This document shows, one piece after another, positions 1 to 13,800 of a DNA stretch of 64,000 nt. Both the position numbers and the translations under genes were made by a program. Under the pieces are notes generated by a model. That model did no database searches. It was not told the origin of the DNA and saw only the letters and a list, made by a program, of their open reading frames with translations. Numbering within the stretch: the first letter of the stretch is position 1; each line of letters starts with the position of its first letter. Origin of the DNA: Antedon mediterranea (Eukaryota > Animalia > Echinodermata). The stretch covers positions 24,446,871-24,510,870 of the forward strand of contig NC_092676.1 of NCBI RefSeq assembly GCF_964355755.1. The letters run 5' to 3'.

Positions 1-548
1 CTAGGTAGCTAGATATCCCTTGATAGAGGCTAGACCTACCAGGCCTAGCCTAGGCCTAGGCTATAGGGATATAGTAGGCCTCTAAGCTAGAATAGTAAGC
101 TATCTACTAGAGTAGAGGGCCTAGCCTAGGCGCGGCTTAACTAACTAGGCCTAGGCCTAGTCAGACTTCATCAATCAAATGTCAAATGATCAGTCAGCTC
201 ACTCTCTGTGTGTTCTCCCTGCTAGTTGGGCAGGCATACTACTAGAAGAGAGAGCTTGACTAGAAGACCTAGCTAGCTAGGCTAGTAGGCCTATAGTACA
301 GTACATACAGTAGTAGTATTTACTAATTAATTTATAATAGGGTCTAGCTAGGTCCAAGTAATCCCCAAACTAGTCGAAATTCCATCAAAAAATGATTGTC
401 ATTGATGCATATGCATGGGTCTTAAATAAATATTGAAAACAAAAATAAAAATTAGGCCTAAATTACAAAACAAGTGTCATGAGTCGAGTCAAAGAAAGAA
501 GGTAGAGTACTGAAAAGACAAATTTGAATTCCTTTTTTCTTAGAGAAA

Positions 549-3500
549 ATGGAGAAAGAAAATGTGTTTAAGAAGTTGCGGCATCTTGCAGCAAAAGTTG
601 AGAAGGAAAGCAGACACATTGAAACATGCATCAATATGCCAGCACATATGCGACCAGGAGCACGGTCAGCAGAATTGATCCTCAAAGAGCTGCAATGCAA
701 CGTCCAGACAATGACGGTACATCATCTTCCTCTTCATTTCATGCGCACTTGTCAATTGTGTCATGACATGCATATGATAAAGTAAAATGCACTTCGGACA
801 AATGACGCACCATGGGAGGTCGTATGGTGCGTCATACAACTGACAAAGTGCATTACAATGTTTCGCATGTTAAAAATGCAAGATCAAACCTTAATACAAG
901 AACGCTTGGAAAGAAGAATGTTCACATATATTATCCTAAGCCTTGTCTACACTGATACCACTACTACTATCAAACTTTAAATGTGATGTGCCCATATATG
1001 GACATGGTGATGTCATATCACTACCATATTTGGGCACACCACACTTTTTGTCAAAATAGTTTGATAGTGATAGTCAGAGCTTTAGCTTGCTTTTTCTTTA
1101 ATATTATATATATTTTATTACTATTTCAGTTACAAGCTCAGAAGGATTTAAAAGAGTTACAGGAACAGACTTCTTTTAGGAATCTCCTGGAAAATGTTGA
1201 GATCATTACTAAGCTAACCGAAGAAAGAATCAATCTCTTGGAAGAAAATTTAATGAAATATGGTTACAAGAAAGCAGTAGTAGAAACCAATGTGAAAAAA
1301 CAATGTAAGTTCCACAACCACAGTCTGTTAATAATATAATATAACATCCTGGATTTATATAGTGCTTAATGTTGTGAAACCTCTAAGCGGTGAACATTAT
1401 TATCCCAGTCATTTTTTTTGGGTGGGTCAAACACGTATGGAAACATACTCCCATAATGCAGCTAGTAATCAGCGCAAAGTTGTGTCTTGATCTAACCAGG
1501 TTCCCAATTATACACCTGGTGGTAAGTAAAGTGTCTTAAAGGATACAAGCAATGCGGTGAGAGTTGGATTCGAACCTCGATCTCACGATCAGTAGTCGAA
1601 CATTCAACACCACATGCCCCTAATTACTGTCTGTTTTCTCTACCATCACAAAACGAAAGCTTGTTACTATGTCAATCAGACTACATGTTCTACTACTTCT
1701 ACCTGACCATCCAATAAGTACAAAACATTGCTAAGTTCTAGGTTGAAGCTCTGTCTACACTATCAAACTTTATGCCAAAACAAAATGTGATATGGACATG
1801 ATGATGTCATATAACTACTATATTTGGGCATATCACTTCCATATTTGGGCACATTACACTTTTTTGTAAAACTTGTTTGATGTGTAGTCAGAGCTTTAGG
1901 GAGGTCATGGAGATTTCTTAACTATTCACCCAACACCAAATAATGCAATGCTATTAAATTTACACATTTGTATCATTGAATAGGTCCTGTATACATTCTA
2001 ACTTGTTGCCTGTTGGCAATTTTTAATTTCAGTGCCAGCCGATTCCAATACAGACAAAGAGAACAGAGAACCAGATCAAACTGATAATGATTCATCTTCA
2101 AACACTCTTCCGTATCCTTTTTTATTCTAGTTAACCAGTCAATAATTGTATAGACTAACATACTTTAAGCTCTGTCTTCATTATCAAACTAGTTTGACAC
2201 ATATTTGTTGTCACATAAAGTTTGATAGTTTGGTCAAAGCTTTAGTTTAAAAGTTGTATAATACTGTATGTACTGGTAAATATTTTTGTTTTTTTGGTAC
2301 TAATTGTACCCAAGGCCCAACGTGAGACCAGTCTTTTTGACTGATTGGGCCGCCTTGGTAACATGTTGATATTAAATAAATTGGTTGTATCATCCTTAAT
2401 ATTATACCAGACAAACCCCAAAGCAGGTATCTGCATCAGATGTGCACAAAATACAGGATAGTCTAATGAAAACACCAACATTAGCCGATTTTGGCATCAG
2501 TCGAGCAACCCTAGACTTCCTTGCCAACCAGAACATGGCCTCTCAAAGAAAGAAATCAGCTCAAAATGGGTAAGTTCATAGAAAGACTGTTTACCATTTT
2601 TTTTTTCATTATTATTTATTTTTATTATTATTTATTAATACTGAGTAGCCTCTTCAGTCAAATACTGTTATCCCAGAGGACACTATATGATCAGTGGCTA
2701 TACTCTTTATTCGTTTTTGTACTAAGTTCTTTAAAGTGCACATGAGCTAGATGTGTACACTGGACCTACGGTTTATAGTCCTTATCTAAGAAGATTCGTT
2801 TTACCACCAGAACCATAGAGCGAGTGAATTGTGCTAATTCTGAATTGGGTGGGCTTGAAAAGACATTTGGGTTGTAGTTGTTTAACAAATTAACAAAGTT
2901 CTTGTATATTAGAACACCTTTCAAGAAATTACCAGCAGCACCAACTTTACCAGCAGATCATATTGATGCTGAGTCGCCATTTGACGCCAATGTTGTTTTC
3001 ACACCGGGACTGTTTGGACACGGGAGAAAGGTTCCAACAGCTACACCAGAACACATGCAGGGTAACAAGATAAATATGTTTTTGTGTGTGATAAAGTTTC
3101 TACAGTTTTATCAGCTCTGCAATTCTATCTCAATAGAAACTGAATCATAATACCCAAATCAGAAAGAGTCACTTCGGGACAGCATATACTCTATATCCTC
3201 AAGCTTTGTTTTGTAATACAATTTCTTTGGTAAACAATTCTTTACAGCACATCATACAATTTTTATTGTCCATTCACAGGTTCAGTTTATCAAACTCCCA
3301 GGAATATGACAAGAACTCTTAAGGATGATGCAACCATATGCTTTGGCTTTACTGTGAGTAACCAGCTATTAATCTCTGTCTACACACTATCAGACTAGTT
3401 TGACAAAAACAAATGTAATCTGCCCAAATAATATGGTAGTTGTATGACCTCATCTTGTCCTTATACAGTATGGGCACATCACATTTGTCACATAAACTTT

Positions 3501-5327
3501 GATATTGTAGTGCAGAGCTTTATGCATACAATACGATATTATACAGTTTGCATGTTTTATTCTACCATATTTGGGCATACCACTACCATATTTGGGTATA
3601 TCACTACCATATTTGGGCACATCACACTTTTTTTGATAGTGTGAACAGAGCTTTACATTACAAAGCTGTAATTAATAAATAAGTCTTGATATTAACTAAA
3701 CTGAATTAATTACTTTCAGACTCCTTTTCAGTCAAGATCGATGGCGAGCATCCATCCGACACCCATTGGTTACCAATACCATGCCAGCAACATGACACAA
3801 ACAATCACACAGCCAAAGAACATGTGGCAGGCAGAGACAACCAATGATAACACTCCTACTATACCAGACCTTCAGTACCAACCATCCAGAAGCCCAGACA
3901 ATCCTCAGCTCATTGCCAACCCTACAGACATACAGACTCAGGTACTGCTTAAGGGCTCTTCAGATCATGGAAATGATACTCCTACAGAACCACAGTTGAT
4001 GGGTACACTGCCAGAGAAACTACCTGAGGGACCTGTCTTGCTGTCGCAGGGTGACACCATTTCCTCAAGAACAAACATAAATGGGTCTCATAAGTTCACC
4101 ACTCCTTTTAAAGCCTTCAAGAACTTTAATATTGAGGATGACATGCCAAAAACACCTGAACTAACATTTTCATATGCAAGGTAAGACTCAATAATAATCT
4201 GTTTTTTCTTATTATTGTTCATGTACTACTGTATTATGAAATTATGAAAGTAATAAAACAAAAAAGACTCAATAATGTGGATTCTCTGGCAATGTTTTCT
4301 GAGTGCTTGCAATAAATGCTTATTTCATCAGTGGCATAACACAGAGGCCTGAGGCTCCTGGTTTAAGGATTCCAAGGAGCCCTCCCATATTTATAGCCTT
4401 TTTCCACATGTTTTAATGCCTGTGCTGGGTACTGCTCAGGGGCCCCTGTAAGCTCCGGTGGCCGTTGGGTTTAACCAGTGAGCACTCATAGCTGTAACGC
4501 CGCTGTATTTCATCTTTATAAGGTATGTCGATGTTGGGGCTTCACTTGCAAGTACTAAGGAACAAACTTCAGATTCAACTAATATTGAAAGTGGTACAAG
4601 AGAGTTGGTAATGGAAGAAGTCACTACCACACAAGATGAAGTGGATTCCCAGCCTACTATGCCGCCAGAGACTACTCAGCAACCAAGTAAAGATTGTCAT
4701 AGGTAAGCTAATGATGATGATAAATAACTGTACATTTCTTGCCATTGTCTGAGACTAAAAAGGCACTAAAGTGTCTTTTACATCTGTTCCGGCACGGTTC
4801 TGGTCCGGCGAATCGAACATCAATTTTTTTTTGTGTCAAACGATATGCGCGCAGCCGTGTGAAAACGAAACATTGACGTTCGATCGGATTTTCCGTGAAA
4901 GACCCTCAATTGTTTGATTAGATGTTTAATCAATGGTTGTCATGCCTATCTGAACAACCTACAACTTTCTAATGTAATAGATAATGCCTTTTTGTATTGT
5001 CCAGTGTAACTTATAATATGATTCATGGAGTATCATTATCTTTGGACTAGATCTGGTGCTATTGCCTTTATTTCTGAGGAAGAGTTCCTAGAGCAATCCA
5101 GCTTCTTACAAAGACTTCTTCCATTGGAAGATGTCAATGCTTGGATCAAAAAGATTAACAAGTACGTGGCCAGGAAGAAAGACAGCCAGTACCTGTTGGA
5201 GAGTGAAATAAGTAATCTTGGAATGGGTCCTCGTGCTAAGGCAATGCTGCTGTTGCTTGTTAAGTTGAAGCGACTTGCTCAAGCACGACCAAACGGTGCA
5301 GGCGATCAGGTATATCAGCTCATTTAG
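549..5327 (+). CDS. SKA3: Spindle and kinetochore-associated protein 3 (Ska3), 9 coding exons, ~573 aa
   Basis: GT-AG exons 549-716, 1130-1304, 2033-2111, 2411-2569, 2913-3061, 3280-3353, 3720-4180, 4523-4702 and 5051-5327 join in phase (1722 nt). The N-terminal FKKLRHLAAKVEKES...NLMKYGY and the motif KTPTLADFGIS resemble vertebrate SKA3 (FCGKLRSLA...FQKYGY; PQLSDFGL). A long TP/SP-rich disordered middle follows. Confidence 0.85.
938..1083. mobile_element. MITE family A (~150 bp, TIR AGCTCTGTCTACACTATCAAACT), probably PIF/Harbinger-type; representative copy
   Basis: The same TIR and GTGATGTGCCC/ATCACTACCATATTTGGG core recur at about 1747-1896, 2168-2242, 3372-3518, 3560-3653, 6276-6430, 8540-9088 (x3), 12770-12915, 16967-17108, 17779-17932, 22036-22135, 32716-32862, 44752-44880, 46969-47108, 51506-51663, 54372-54522 and 63079-63235. 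Direct TTA or TAA flanks are seen at 32716 and 46969. Confidence 0.85.
1350..1620 (-). mobile_element. tRNA-derived SINE
   Basis: Reverse-complement copy of the element at 5823-6095, with head GGGCATGTGG...GGTTCGAATCC and a 3' tail ending in GCACTATATAAATCC. Confidence 0.8.
4329..4505. mobile_element. hAT-type MITE
   Basis: Termini CAGTGGCATAAC...GTAACGCCGCTG with a perfect 8-bp TSD TATTTCAT (4321-4328 and 4506-4513). Related copies lie at 7608-7763, ~14403-14529 and 14727-15892. Confidence 0.8.
4771..4906. mobile_element. Short inverted-repeat element (MITE), related to 6958-7190
   Basis: Imperfect terminal inverted repeats GTGTCTTTTACA...GTGAAAGACCC. It shares AGCCGTGTG and AAACATTGAC segments with 6958-7190. 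Confidence 0.5.
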
Positions 5328-5822
5328 TGTATTTTTCCATCTTTAATTTAATAAGCGAGTGATAACATTATTATTAAAACAATGAAAAATTTAAAAACAT
5401 ATAAAATAAGTAAAACTAGCATAGCATGTTGGATTATTTGTGTTAGTACAGATGTACGTATGGGAAATATTATACAGTATTGTATAACAGATTATAAATG
5501 GTTAGTATTTTCACCCCTGTCTCACTCACAACTTGAATATTCTTAGACCGGTCCTGCTTAAAAATGATTACAATATTTCGGTCATAGGGTCTACTAATTT
5601 ACGCCCAGTAGGGTTTAATGATATAAAATGTCATATCATGGTAACATATTTTTAAATATTATTAAAATAATATATTAGATGCTATATTATGTCAATTCAA
5701 TGTATCTGAATAGAAATAATACATGTTTCATTTTGATAATAAATTAGAATTTGAGACTGAGAGTAATAATGTAACTATATGTTCATAGTACTGTAGTAGA
5801 AATTACAACCTCCAGATCATAA

Positions 5823-6095
5823 GGGCATGTGGCGCAGTGTGTTGGATGTTTGACTACTGATCGTGAGATTAAGGTTCGAATCCAACTCTCGCCGCATTGC
5901 TTGTATCCTTAGGCAAGATACTTTACTTTCGTTTGCCTCTCTCCACCCAGGTGTATAAATGGGAACCTAGTTAGATTAAGACACAACTTTGCGCTGATTA
6001 CTAGCTGCATTATGGGAGTATGTTTCCATAAGGTGTTTGATCCAAAAAATGACTACGGTTATAATGTTCAGCGCTTAGAGGTTTCACAACATTGG
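5823..6095 (+). mobile_element. tRNA-derived SINE
   Basis: Pol III A-box-like TGGCGCAGTG and B-box GGTTCGAATCC, a central CCTTAGGCAAGATACTT...TCCACCCAGGTGTATAAATGGG block typical of metazoan SINE central domains, and a GCGCTTAGAG tail. Three copies occur in the window. Confidence 0.8.
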
Positions 6096-6780
6096 GAAAC
6101 AGAGTTTTTAATATTGAATCCATACACAAGAAAGAATCCATACACAAGAAAGAATACACACGCTTGTAGTATTGGTGAATTTATTAAAAACATCTAATTT
6201 AGTACATAAATAAATATCTCAAATTTTACAACTACAAAATACCCGATAATTGCATAATAAATATATGATGTATTTACTCTTCCTATCAAACCAGTTTGAC
6301 AAACAAAGTGTGATGTGCCCAAATGTGGTAGTTATATGCCCAAATATGGTAGTGATATGACATCATTGTGTCCATATATGGGTACTGTACATCACATTTT
6401 TTTGTAACATAAAATTTGATAGTGTAGACTTAACACTCTCTGGTGAATTAAATTGTATGAATTAGTAGCAAGTACCATAAACAACACATCGGGCTGTTAG
6501 TGCACAGACGAATTAGCACCATTTGGATGCTTGACACAAAAGATGCTGCAATTAGACACAGCATGCACAAATTATTTAATTTAGTCTTCCCATAAACTGA
6601 GTAAAAATTCTAAAAATCATAATTAAACAGTGCTTTATACTGTATGTAAACAATTGATTCAAAACTAACCCACAAAAATACACAAACACATTGACAAGTG
6701 CCTCTTTTTATTGGGATAAAATGAATGTGCTTCTCCTCTTTAACAACACACCTTCAACCCTCACTGCAAATCCTCACTCT

Positions 6781-9765
6781 TCAATATTCTAATAGAGAAT
6801 TGACAATGTTGACAAGGGCATGCTTAGATTCTGAGTCTTCTAAGTCTTCAATGGAATCTAATGCTGCTTGTACATAATTTTTTAGTTCAGACTTTATTGT
6901 ATCGGTAGCTGGTCCTGCAGCAATAATTTGGTAAAGCTGCAAAAAAAAAAGGTAAAACGCATCTTTCACACCTGATCCGGACATTTCAATTGAATGAACA
7001 GCATTTATTTGTCCAATATAAAATATCAGAAATTTGCTTTCTGTACATATCATATCCTATGTTACAAATAATAAAGAGAACAATATAATATAAAGTCCAA
7101 ACATATATTCCATAAAGCCGTGTGGAGCATCGTGCAAAATGAAAAACATTGACATTTAATTTGCTGGTGCCGCACCAGGTGTAAAAGACGCTCAACAATA
7201 GTCAACTCCTGCAAAAACCGGAAAATCTCCCAAAACCTGAAGGTCCACAATTTGTTTCTACTATGTAAAATGAATAATTATATAACAATTATATTAATAA
7301 TAATTATTTAATTTACTGTTTACCTGTTGAAAGTCGGCTGCGTTACTCGCCGTTGACATGGGCAGAGCTTCTCCAGTCGTAATGATGTGTTGAATGTGGA
7401 ACATCATTGCAGAGGAGCAAAGATTGAAGGCATCACCAAGTTCATAAGATTCATTTACAAAAGGTTGTAGGTCAAGGTTCAACTACCAAACGAAGAATGT
7501 AGAGATTTGTTTGCATAATTTAAAAATCATTTACTTTATATTAGATATAAAAATAACAAAACAGACATTTTATTTTCTATGCAGCAACAATGTTCTGTTT
7601 ACATAGGCAGTAGTATAATGGCTAAGAGCGCTCTCTGGCTAAACCCAGGGGCCCCATAGCTTATGGGCCCCAGAGCATAAGCAGCCCCAATGCAACTACC
7701 CATCATTTGAGGGCCCCTTACGAGTGCTAAACCAGGGGCCTTTCCTCCTGTGTCATGCCACTATGCATAGGACCTGCTTTTAGCAAAATTATTAAAAACT
7801 AAAACATACTTGTTGTGCAACTGTTAAGTATTTTCCAAATTGAAAAGCTCTGTTTTGCATGTCTTCATCCTGATTGGCCAGAATCAAAGCTGCCTGGCAA
7901 CACTTGGCCAATAAGCTTCCATTAGACAGGTAAACATGATTCAACCAGTCAGCAAAGGTCAGCTGCAGGTTAACGGTGTCCACTGAAAAACCCATGAACT
8001 CTGATTCCGTATAATCAGTAATTGCAGAAGATACCAATTCAACAACCTGATAATGATACATGATCACAGTTAAAATCGTAACAAATACGACAACGACAAA
8101 TACCAATATGTACATATTCTCTGCGGCGCAGTGTCTGTTAAAAGCATGGAACTGGTTGTGTCGCAGCCACAGATAAACCCTTTGATCCCCTGACCTCTAA
8201 CTAAGGTAATAATAGTTCCAATGATTACAGTTTTCATACCTGTGTGTTGTGCAGTTTAGCCAGACCTTGGCTAGCATTTGCCAAAAGGAAGTCACCACTT
8301 AACACCGACATCTTGTTGCCAAACTCCAGATCATCTGGTGAGCCGTCTCCAGGCCTAATTTCTTTTAAGTCAATGATGCCACGGTGTACTAGATAGGCGG
8401 TGTGAATCATTTCAGATATTTCTGCCAGTGTCCTTTGACTGAAACAAATATACACACACTTTGTAATCTTTCAGTTCATGGTTGCTGCTGCCATGTGTGA
8501 CATGCCTATTAATAATGACCTACTGTACTACCCAATCTAAAGATCTGTCTACACTATCAAACTTGTGACAAAAAATGTGATGTGCTCATAATGGACATGA
8601 TGATGTCGTATCACTAGCATATTTGGGTATATCACTACCATATTGGGCACATCACACTTTTTTGGTCAAACTAGTTTGATAGTGTAGACAAAGCTTTAAA
8701 TTAACCACTGACCTTACTACCCAATCTAAAGCTCTGTCTACAGAAATTTACAGTATGTGAGAAAAAAAATGTGATGTGCTCATATATGGACATGATGATG
8801 TCGTATCACTAGCATATTTGGGTATATCACTACCATATTGGGCACATCACACTTTTTTGGTCAAACTAGTTTGATAGTGTAGACAAAGCTTTAAATTAAC
8901 CACTGACCTTACTACCCAATCTAAAGCTCTGTCTACAGAAATTTACAGTATGTGAGAAAAAAAATGTGATGTGCTCAAATATGGACATGATGATGTCATA
9001 TCACTACCATATTTGGGTATATCACTTCCATATTTGGGAACATCACACTTTTTTTGTCAAACTAGTTTGATAGTGTAGACAGAGCTTTAAATTAACTTTA
9101 TTTACACATGAAATCTCAGTTTGTTGCCTTTTCTTCAGCACCTTGGATACTTACCTTTGGTAGACGTTATGTGAGTTGTCTTGGGCATCAGGTGGTAGTC
9201 CAGCCGCTCTTGACAGAAGCAAAATTACAAGACCTCTAGTTTGGAGATTACTACCTTCATAGACAAATGATCTATAAAATATAAATTATTAAATATTATT
9301 GCATGCTGGTTGTTGTTATTTCTTATTTATTTTCTTCTGCTGTAGCTGAAAAGAGGTATTTACAAATACATATATTTCAATTATTTAACAATAACATTGT
9401 CATACATACTTTGCCGTTTTTAAAATAGGGTGATTGGTTCCGACTAATTTCCTCACGTGTAGAGCAACATTTGCGAGTTCATCACTCAAAAGTGTTCTTA
9501 AGCTCATAAACGAGGTGGGATATCCGACCAAACGTTCACCTTCTGACACAGCCTTGTTCCAGGCACTGGTATCACCAGATGCAAATAAACTAGAATTTCG
9601 ACAATGATGGTCGATTCTTGAATCAGCAAGCAATGTGGTTTGTTTACAATGAAAAGTTGATCTGGGGTGCAGCTGCTTCTGAAAACATGCTGACCAATTA
9701 GAAAAACACTTAATGCTTGAGGTTTGTTGACTGATGCGAAGTATGTTATGAATTTTAAATTTCAT
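6781..9765 (-). CDS. PDSS2: Decaprenyl-diphosphate synthase subunit 2, 6 coding exons, ~407 aa
   Basis: Exons 9410-9765, 9155-9271, 8240-8438, 7810-8046, 7324-7482 and 6781-6936 join in phase (1224 nt). Motifs [61 protein letters not shown] and [17 protein letters not shown] match PDSS2. HRGIID stands in place of DDxxD, as in PDSS2. The N-terminus looks like a mitochondrial presequence. Confidence 0.95.
6958..7190. mobile_element. MITE in the last PDSS2 intron
   Basis: Imperfect TIRs GCATCTTTCACACCTGAT and ACCAGGTGTAAAAGACGC. Confidence 0.55.
7608..7763. mobile_element. hAT-type MITE (same family as 4329-4505)
   Basis: CAGTAG...GCCACTA termini, near-perfect 8-bp TSD TACATAGG/TGCATAGG, and a shared TGGCTAAACCCAGGGGCC core. 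Confidence 0.65.
8520..9095. repeat. Tandem triplication (~190-bp unit) containing MITE family A
   Basis: The unit TACTACCCAATCTAAAG-MITE-TTTAAATTAAC is repeated three times in PDSS2 intron 2. Confidence 0.85.
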
Positions 9766-10399
9766 ATTGATTTAAAATGAATAAAACTGCAAAAAAAAAA
9801 TTAAAAAAATTATGGTTTAATTATTAATTTATTTTTCTAAAAAGTAAAAAAACTATTTTTGTTTTCACATGGGGTACTGTACACTTTTACAATACAGTAC
9901 ACCAGTATCTTTTTTAATAACATTAGGTAGGCCTATGTTTAGGCCCACTTATAGTACTACTACTACCTAAGGGCCAGGCCTACCTAGAGAGAGATCAGGT
10001 AAGTTTATCACTCTGCTTTGCCCAGGACTAACTTTAGCCTGTCTGTACTTCTACCTAGCTAGTAACAAAATTAAAGTAGGCCTAAGCCTTACCTAGACTA
10101 GTAGTAGGCCTGTACAGTAGAGTTTAATATTTAGTAGGGCGGTAGGCCTAGAGTACTTACTTAGTATTAGTAGTAGTAGCCGGTACCGTATGCGTGCGTA
10201 GTACGTAGTCTAGTAGCCTTCCTACTAAAAAGAGAGGGTAGACCTGTCCTGTCTTAATTGATAGAAAGAGAGTAACAAGCTTGTATGTAGAGCCTAGAGT
10301 AAACGTATTATTTATTATTATTGTGATATACTTACTAGGCCTAGGGCCTATTGTGTATTTTGGATCAGATCCTTTATTGAAAACTATTGTACTAGGCTA

Positions 10400-10800
10400 T
10401 ATCAATCATGAATGCATGCTGTGTGTGTTTTGGCTAGTTTTTTCCGGATTTTCCTAGTTGCAATTCGCGATCACGCCCTCTATTATATAACTATTAGCAG
10501 ACGATATTTGTGGTATACATACAACTTTTTACACATTTTACATATTCATACAAATACGTGCATGCATATTTGATAAAATTTTAAAATAATTATATATGTT
10601 TTTATCGTATATATTTAAATAAAACAAATGAAGAATATATCATTTTTTATAATGTATAAATATTTATATTATTGTTATTAAAAATGTGCTCACCCTCACC
10701 TCTTATTTTGTATGTAGAGGGCGACAGATTAAGATGACATGTTACGATTTATAAAATAATAAAAAAGTTTCTTTAAATATCCTTTAATAAATAACGCCTT
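10400..10800. promoter_or_regulatory. Probable bidirectional promoter region shared by PDSS2 and MLYCD
   Basis: The genes are divergent. A PDSS2 5'-UTR donor (CTTAC at 10331-10335) and the MLYCD ATG (10802) are under 500 bp apart. Oppositely oriented TAGAGGGCG motifs lie at ~10474-10482 and ~10715-10723. Confidence 0.55.
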
Positions 10801-10801
10801 G

Positions 10802-13800
10802 ATGATGGCAGCATCTGTGTTTAGGAGGTGTATAATAAGGGTAAGAATGACATAATTTATGAATTGTAAACCTGTCTAATTTCCATTACCTAGGCCTAAT
10901 CCTGCAAGCTAATAGTGAAGCACTAAGCTTACTAGCTTACCTTACTAATACTAGGCCTAGGGCCTAGTTAGGCCTAGGCTAGCCTAGCCTAGGAGGCCAG
11001 CAATTGGCGTATTGGCATACTATAATGACGGTGGTCATTTCGCCTGTCATTGTTGTATAAAATACTACAGTGAGATAGTAGAATGGAAAGCTTCGCTTTT
11101 ACGAATAGAATATCCTAACCCAATCATTATTTTTAACATTTATGTTTTAAAACAGAATTGCCTTGTTGTGAAATCATGCAAACATCATCCCTGCAGCAGC
11201 AAGATTTGTCATAAGAAAATGTCATCCTCACAATATGATACGCACAACACAAAATCATTGTTTAGCATTCTTGGAGAATTTGAAGTAAACAGTTCAAGTA
11301 AAAGATCGGTGGGGTCACAACAGCCATGGGTCTCAGAGGTAAAATCTGTCAAGTGTTATGCTTTTTAGAAAGTAATAAAATAAACATCTTTATTTCTTTT
11401 TATTCTAATTAATATTATTTATTGTTATCTTTACAGGAACAAGTGGGAAACTTCTGTCAACGGTATCAAAAACTTGGGGTGAAAGAGAAAGCTGAGGTTT
11501 TATTGTTCCTGTCTGAACGATGCGGCGTGAACCATTCAGATGCAATGTCTGCAGCTTCAGTATTGGCCGCAGCCAAAGTAAATCACTTTTTAGTAATAAC
11601 CATCCTTTGGGATTGGTCATTCGCTTGCGTTGCAGCTTACGTCCTTGTGTTGCATCCTAGTGTGAACCAAGCTTAAAATAACCATCAGAAGCAATAACAA
11701 TATAAAATTCTGTGTGGAAAATTACGTTGGTTATAAAAAATAATAATTGGTTACAAATATAAGTTGGTTTTAAAATGTATATCTTTGCATCAATTACAAA
11801 GAGTCATTAATTAGAATAAGACAATTTTTAAGTTTTCATAATTTTGTCTCCCAAGATTAATTACTTTTTTGTTTTGTTTAGGATGACCCATCAATCTTTA
11901 CATATGAACACCGTTTACAGGAGTCACTGTCGCCCAAATACTCGCACTTATTCACAATGATCAGCCGTACACCAAATGGTGTCAAGTTTCTAGTCGACAT
12001 GAGAAGTAACATTTTGGTAATTACGTTTTGTTTATATACATATATTGTACAGTAAATATTGATATGTACTCTATTAATAGATTGTAAACCAGTATAAATT
12101 TAACTGATGTTCAAGACAATACACTAATCGAAATCAGAGGAAAATGTTTTCACTGTACAGTATATAATTTATAATACACCTATTTATAGTAGAATGTTAA
12201 AATCAGACAAACTTCATCCCCAGCCTTGCTGTATGTAAAAAGGATATGTTATCATGAATGACATAGACAGCATGTTGGCTCTGACGATTCACCTGCACCC
12301 AATCCCAGTTCAGCTTTGCTTTGAGCTGCAAAGGGAGCAATGCACCAAGCTCTAAGAGCATGATTGCAATTATACACAATAATTTGTTATAAATTGTTTT
12401 ACTTTTTTGTGTTTTAGGATTTACTTTCCACTCCATTAAGTCAGAATGAAGCAGAACCTTTAAAACACTTGAATATAAGTCTACGCGGTCTACTAGCTCA
12501 CTGGTTCTCTACCGGCTTGCTTAACCTACAGCGGATAACATGGCAAACATCTTGCGATATGCTACAGAAGGTACGGTAGGACATTTTTTAGGTTAACACG
12601 TCATGCATAACCTGACAAGCAAAATGTGATGCCGAGCATGACAGCGCCCCCTTCTCCCTCCCCACCACACCATACAAATATGTGATGACGAGCACAACAG
12701 CCCTCCCCCACCTCACCATGGAATGATGTAATGTCGTAAGCAACAAAGTTACAGTATTCAAATACTTACTATCACATGTGGTGTGCCCAAATATGGTAGT
12801 GATATGCCCAAATATAGTAGTGATATGCCCAACTATAGTAGTGATATGTCATCATCATGTCCATATATGGGCACATCACATTTTGTTGTCACATAAAGTT
12901 GAATGGTGTAGACTGGATCTGTCACATATTGGTCATGTTTTGTCTTTTGTTTTGTGAATTGTAAAGTTAAATTTTTATTTTTTAAACATGGTAGGTGAGT
13001 GAATATGAGGCAGTGCATCCAGTAAAGAATTGGTTGGATTTAAAGAATAGAGTTGGTGCCTATAGACGTTGTTTTGTTTTCACGCACAATAGTATGCCAA
13101 CAGAACCAGTTGTGGTACTACACACGGCTCTTACAAGTGATATATGTAGTAAAATTCAGGTAGGCTATGGTTAATGGTTCACACAAAAGCATTGAAGTGC
13201 TATCAAAGTTATTACACTATAATATGGATGCCATAAACACTACACCATAGATTCATTGTTGATGGAGTATGCTAAATATAATAAATATACATAATTATTA
13301 CAATGAATATTAATTTGTTTCAGTCAATAGTTGAGAGAACTGAGGGTGGTGATACATTATTGGATAGGGAAGATGTTAACCGCATCAATGCAGCCATCTT
13401 TTATTCGGTTACGTCAACTCAACGAGGTAATACCTAAAACTTCTCAAATTTATTTCTTCGTAATAAAACTAAAATAACTTAAAATACGAAATCATACTAC
13501 TGTATTTGCTATGTTAAGTGAAATAATTTTTAAAAAAATGTTTAATTAATCTGCAGGATTACAAGGTATTGATCTTGGTAATTATCTAATCAAAACGGTC
13601 GTTCAAAAGCTTCGTGCCGAGTTTCCTAACATGAACGTCTTTTCAAGTTTGTCTCCAATTCCAGGATTTCGCGATTGGTTATTACAAGAAATGAACAACA
13701 CTATTCGAGGTAAGTGGGCAGTCAATTACAGCAAAAGAATTTGAATTAAATTCGATTGCTACTTGTGGGTTGTCACAAAACTTGTTTGTCATAGTAGGAG

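Noticed and set aside
983-1129. ORFs beginning [15 protein letters not shown] (983, 44792, 54268-54528, 63076 and others)
   Set aside because: They are translations of MITE family A, not a protein family.
5823-5895. tRNA gene
   Set aside because: A and B boxes are present, but there is no convincing cloverleaf and the sequence continues into a SINE body found in three copies.
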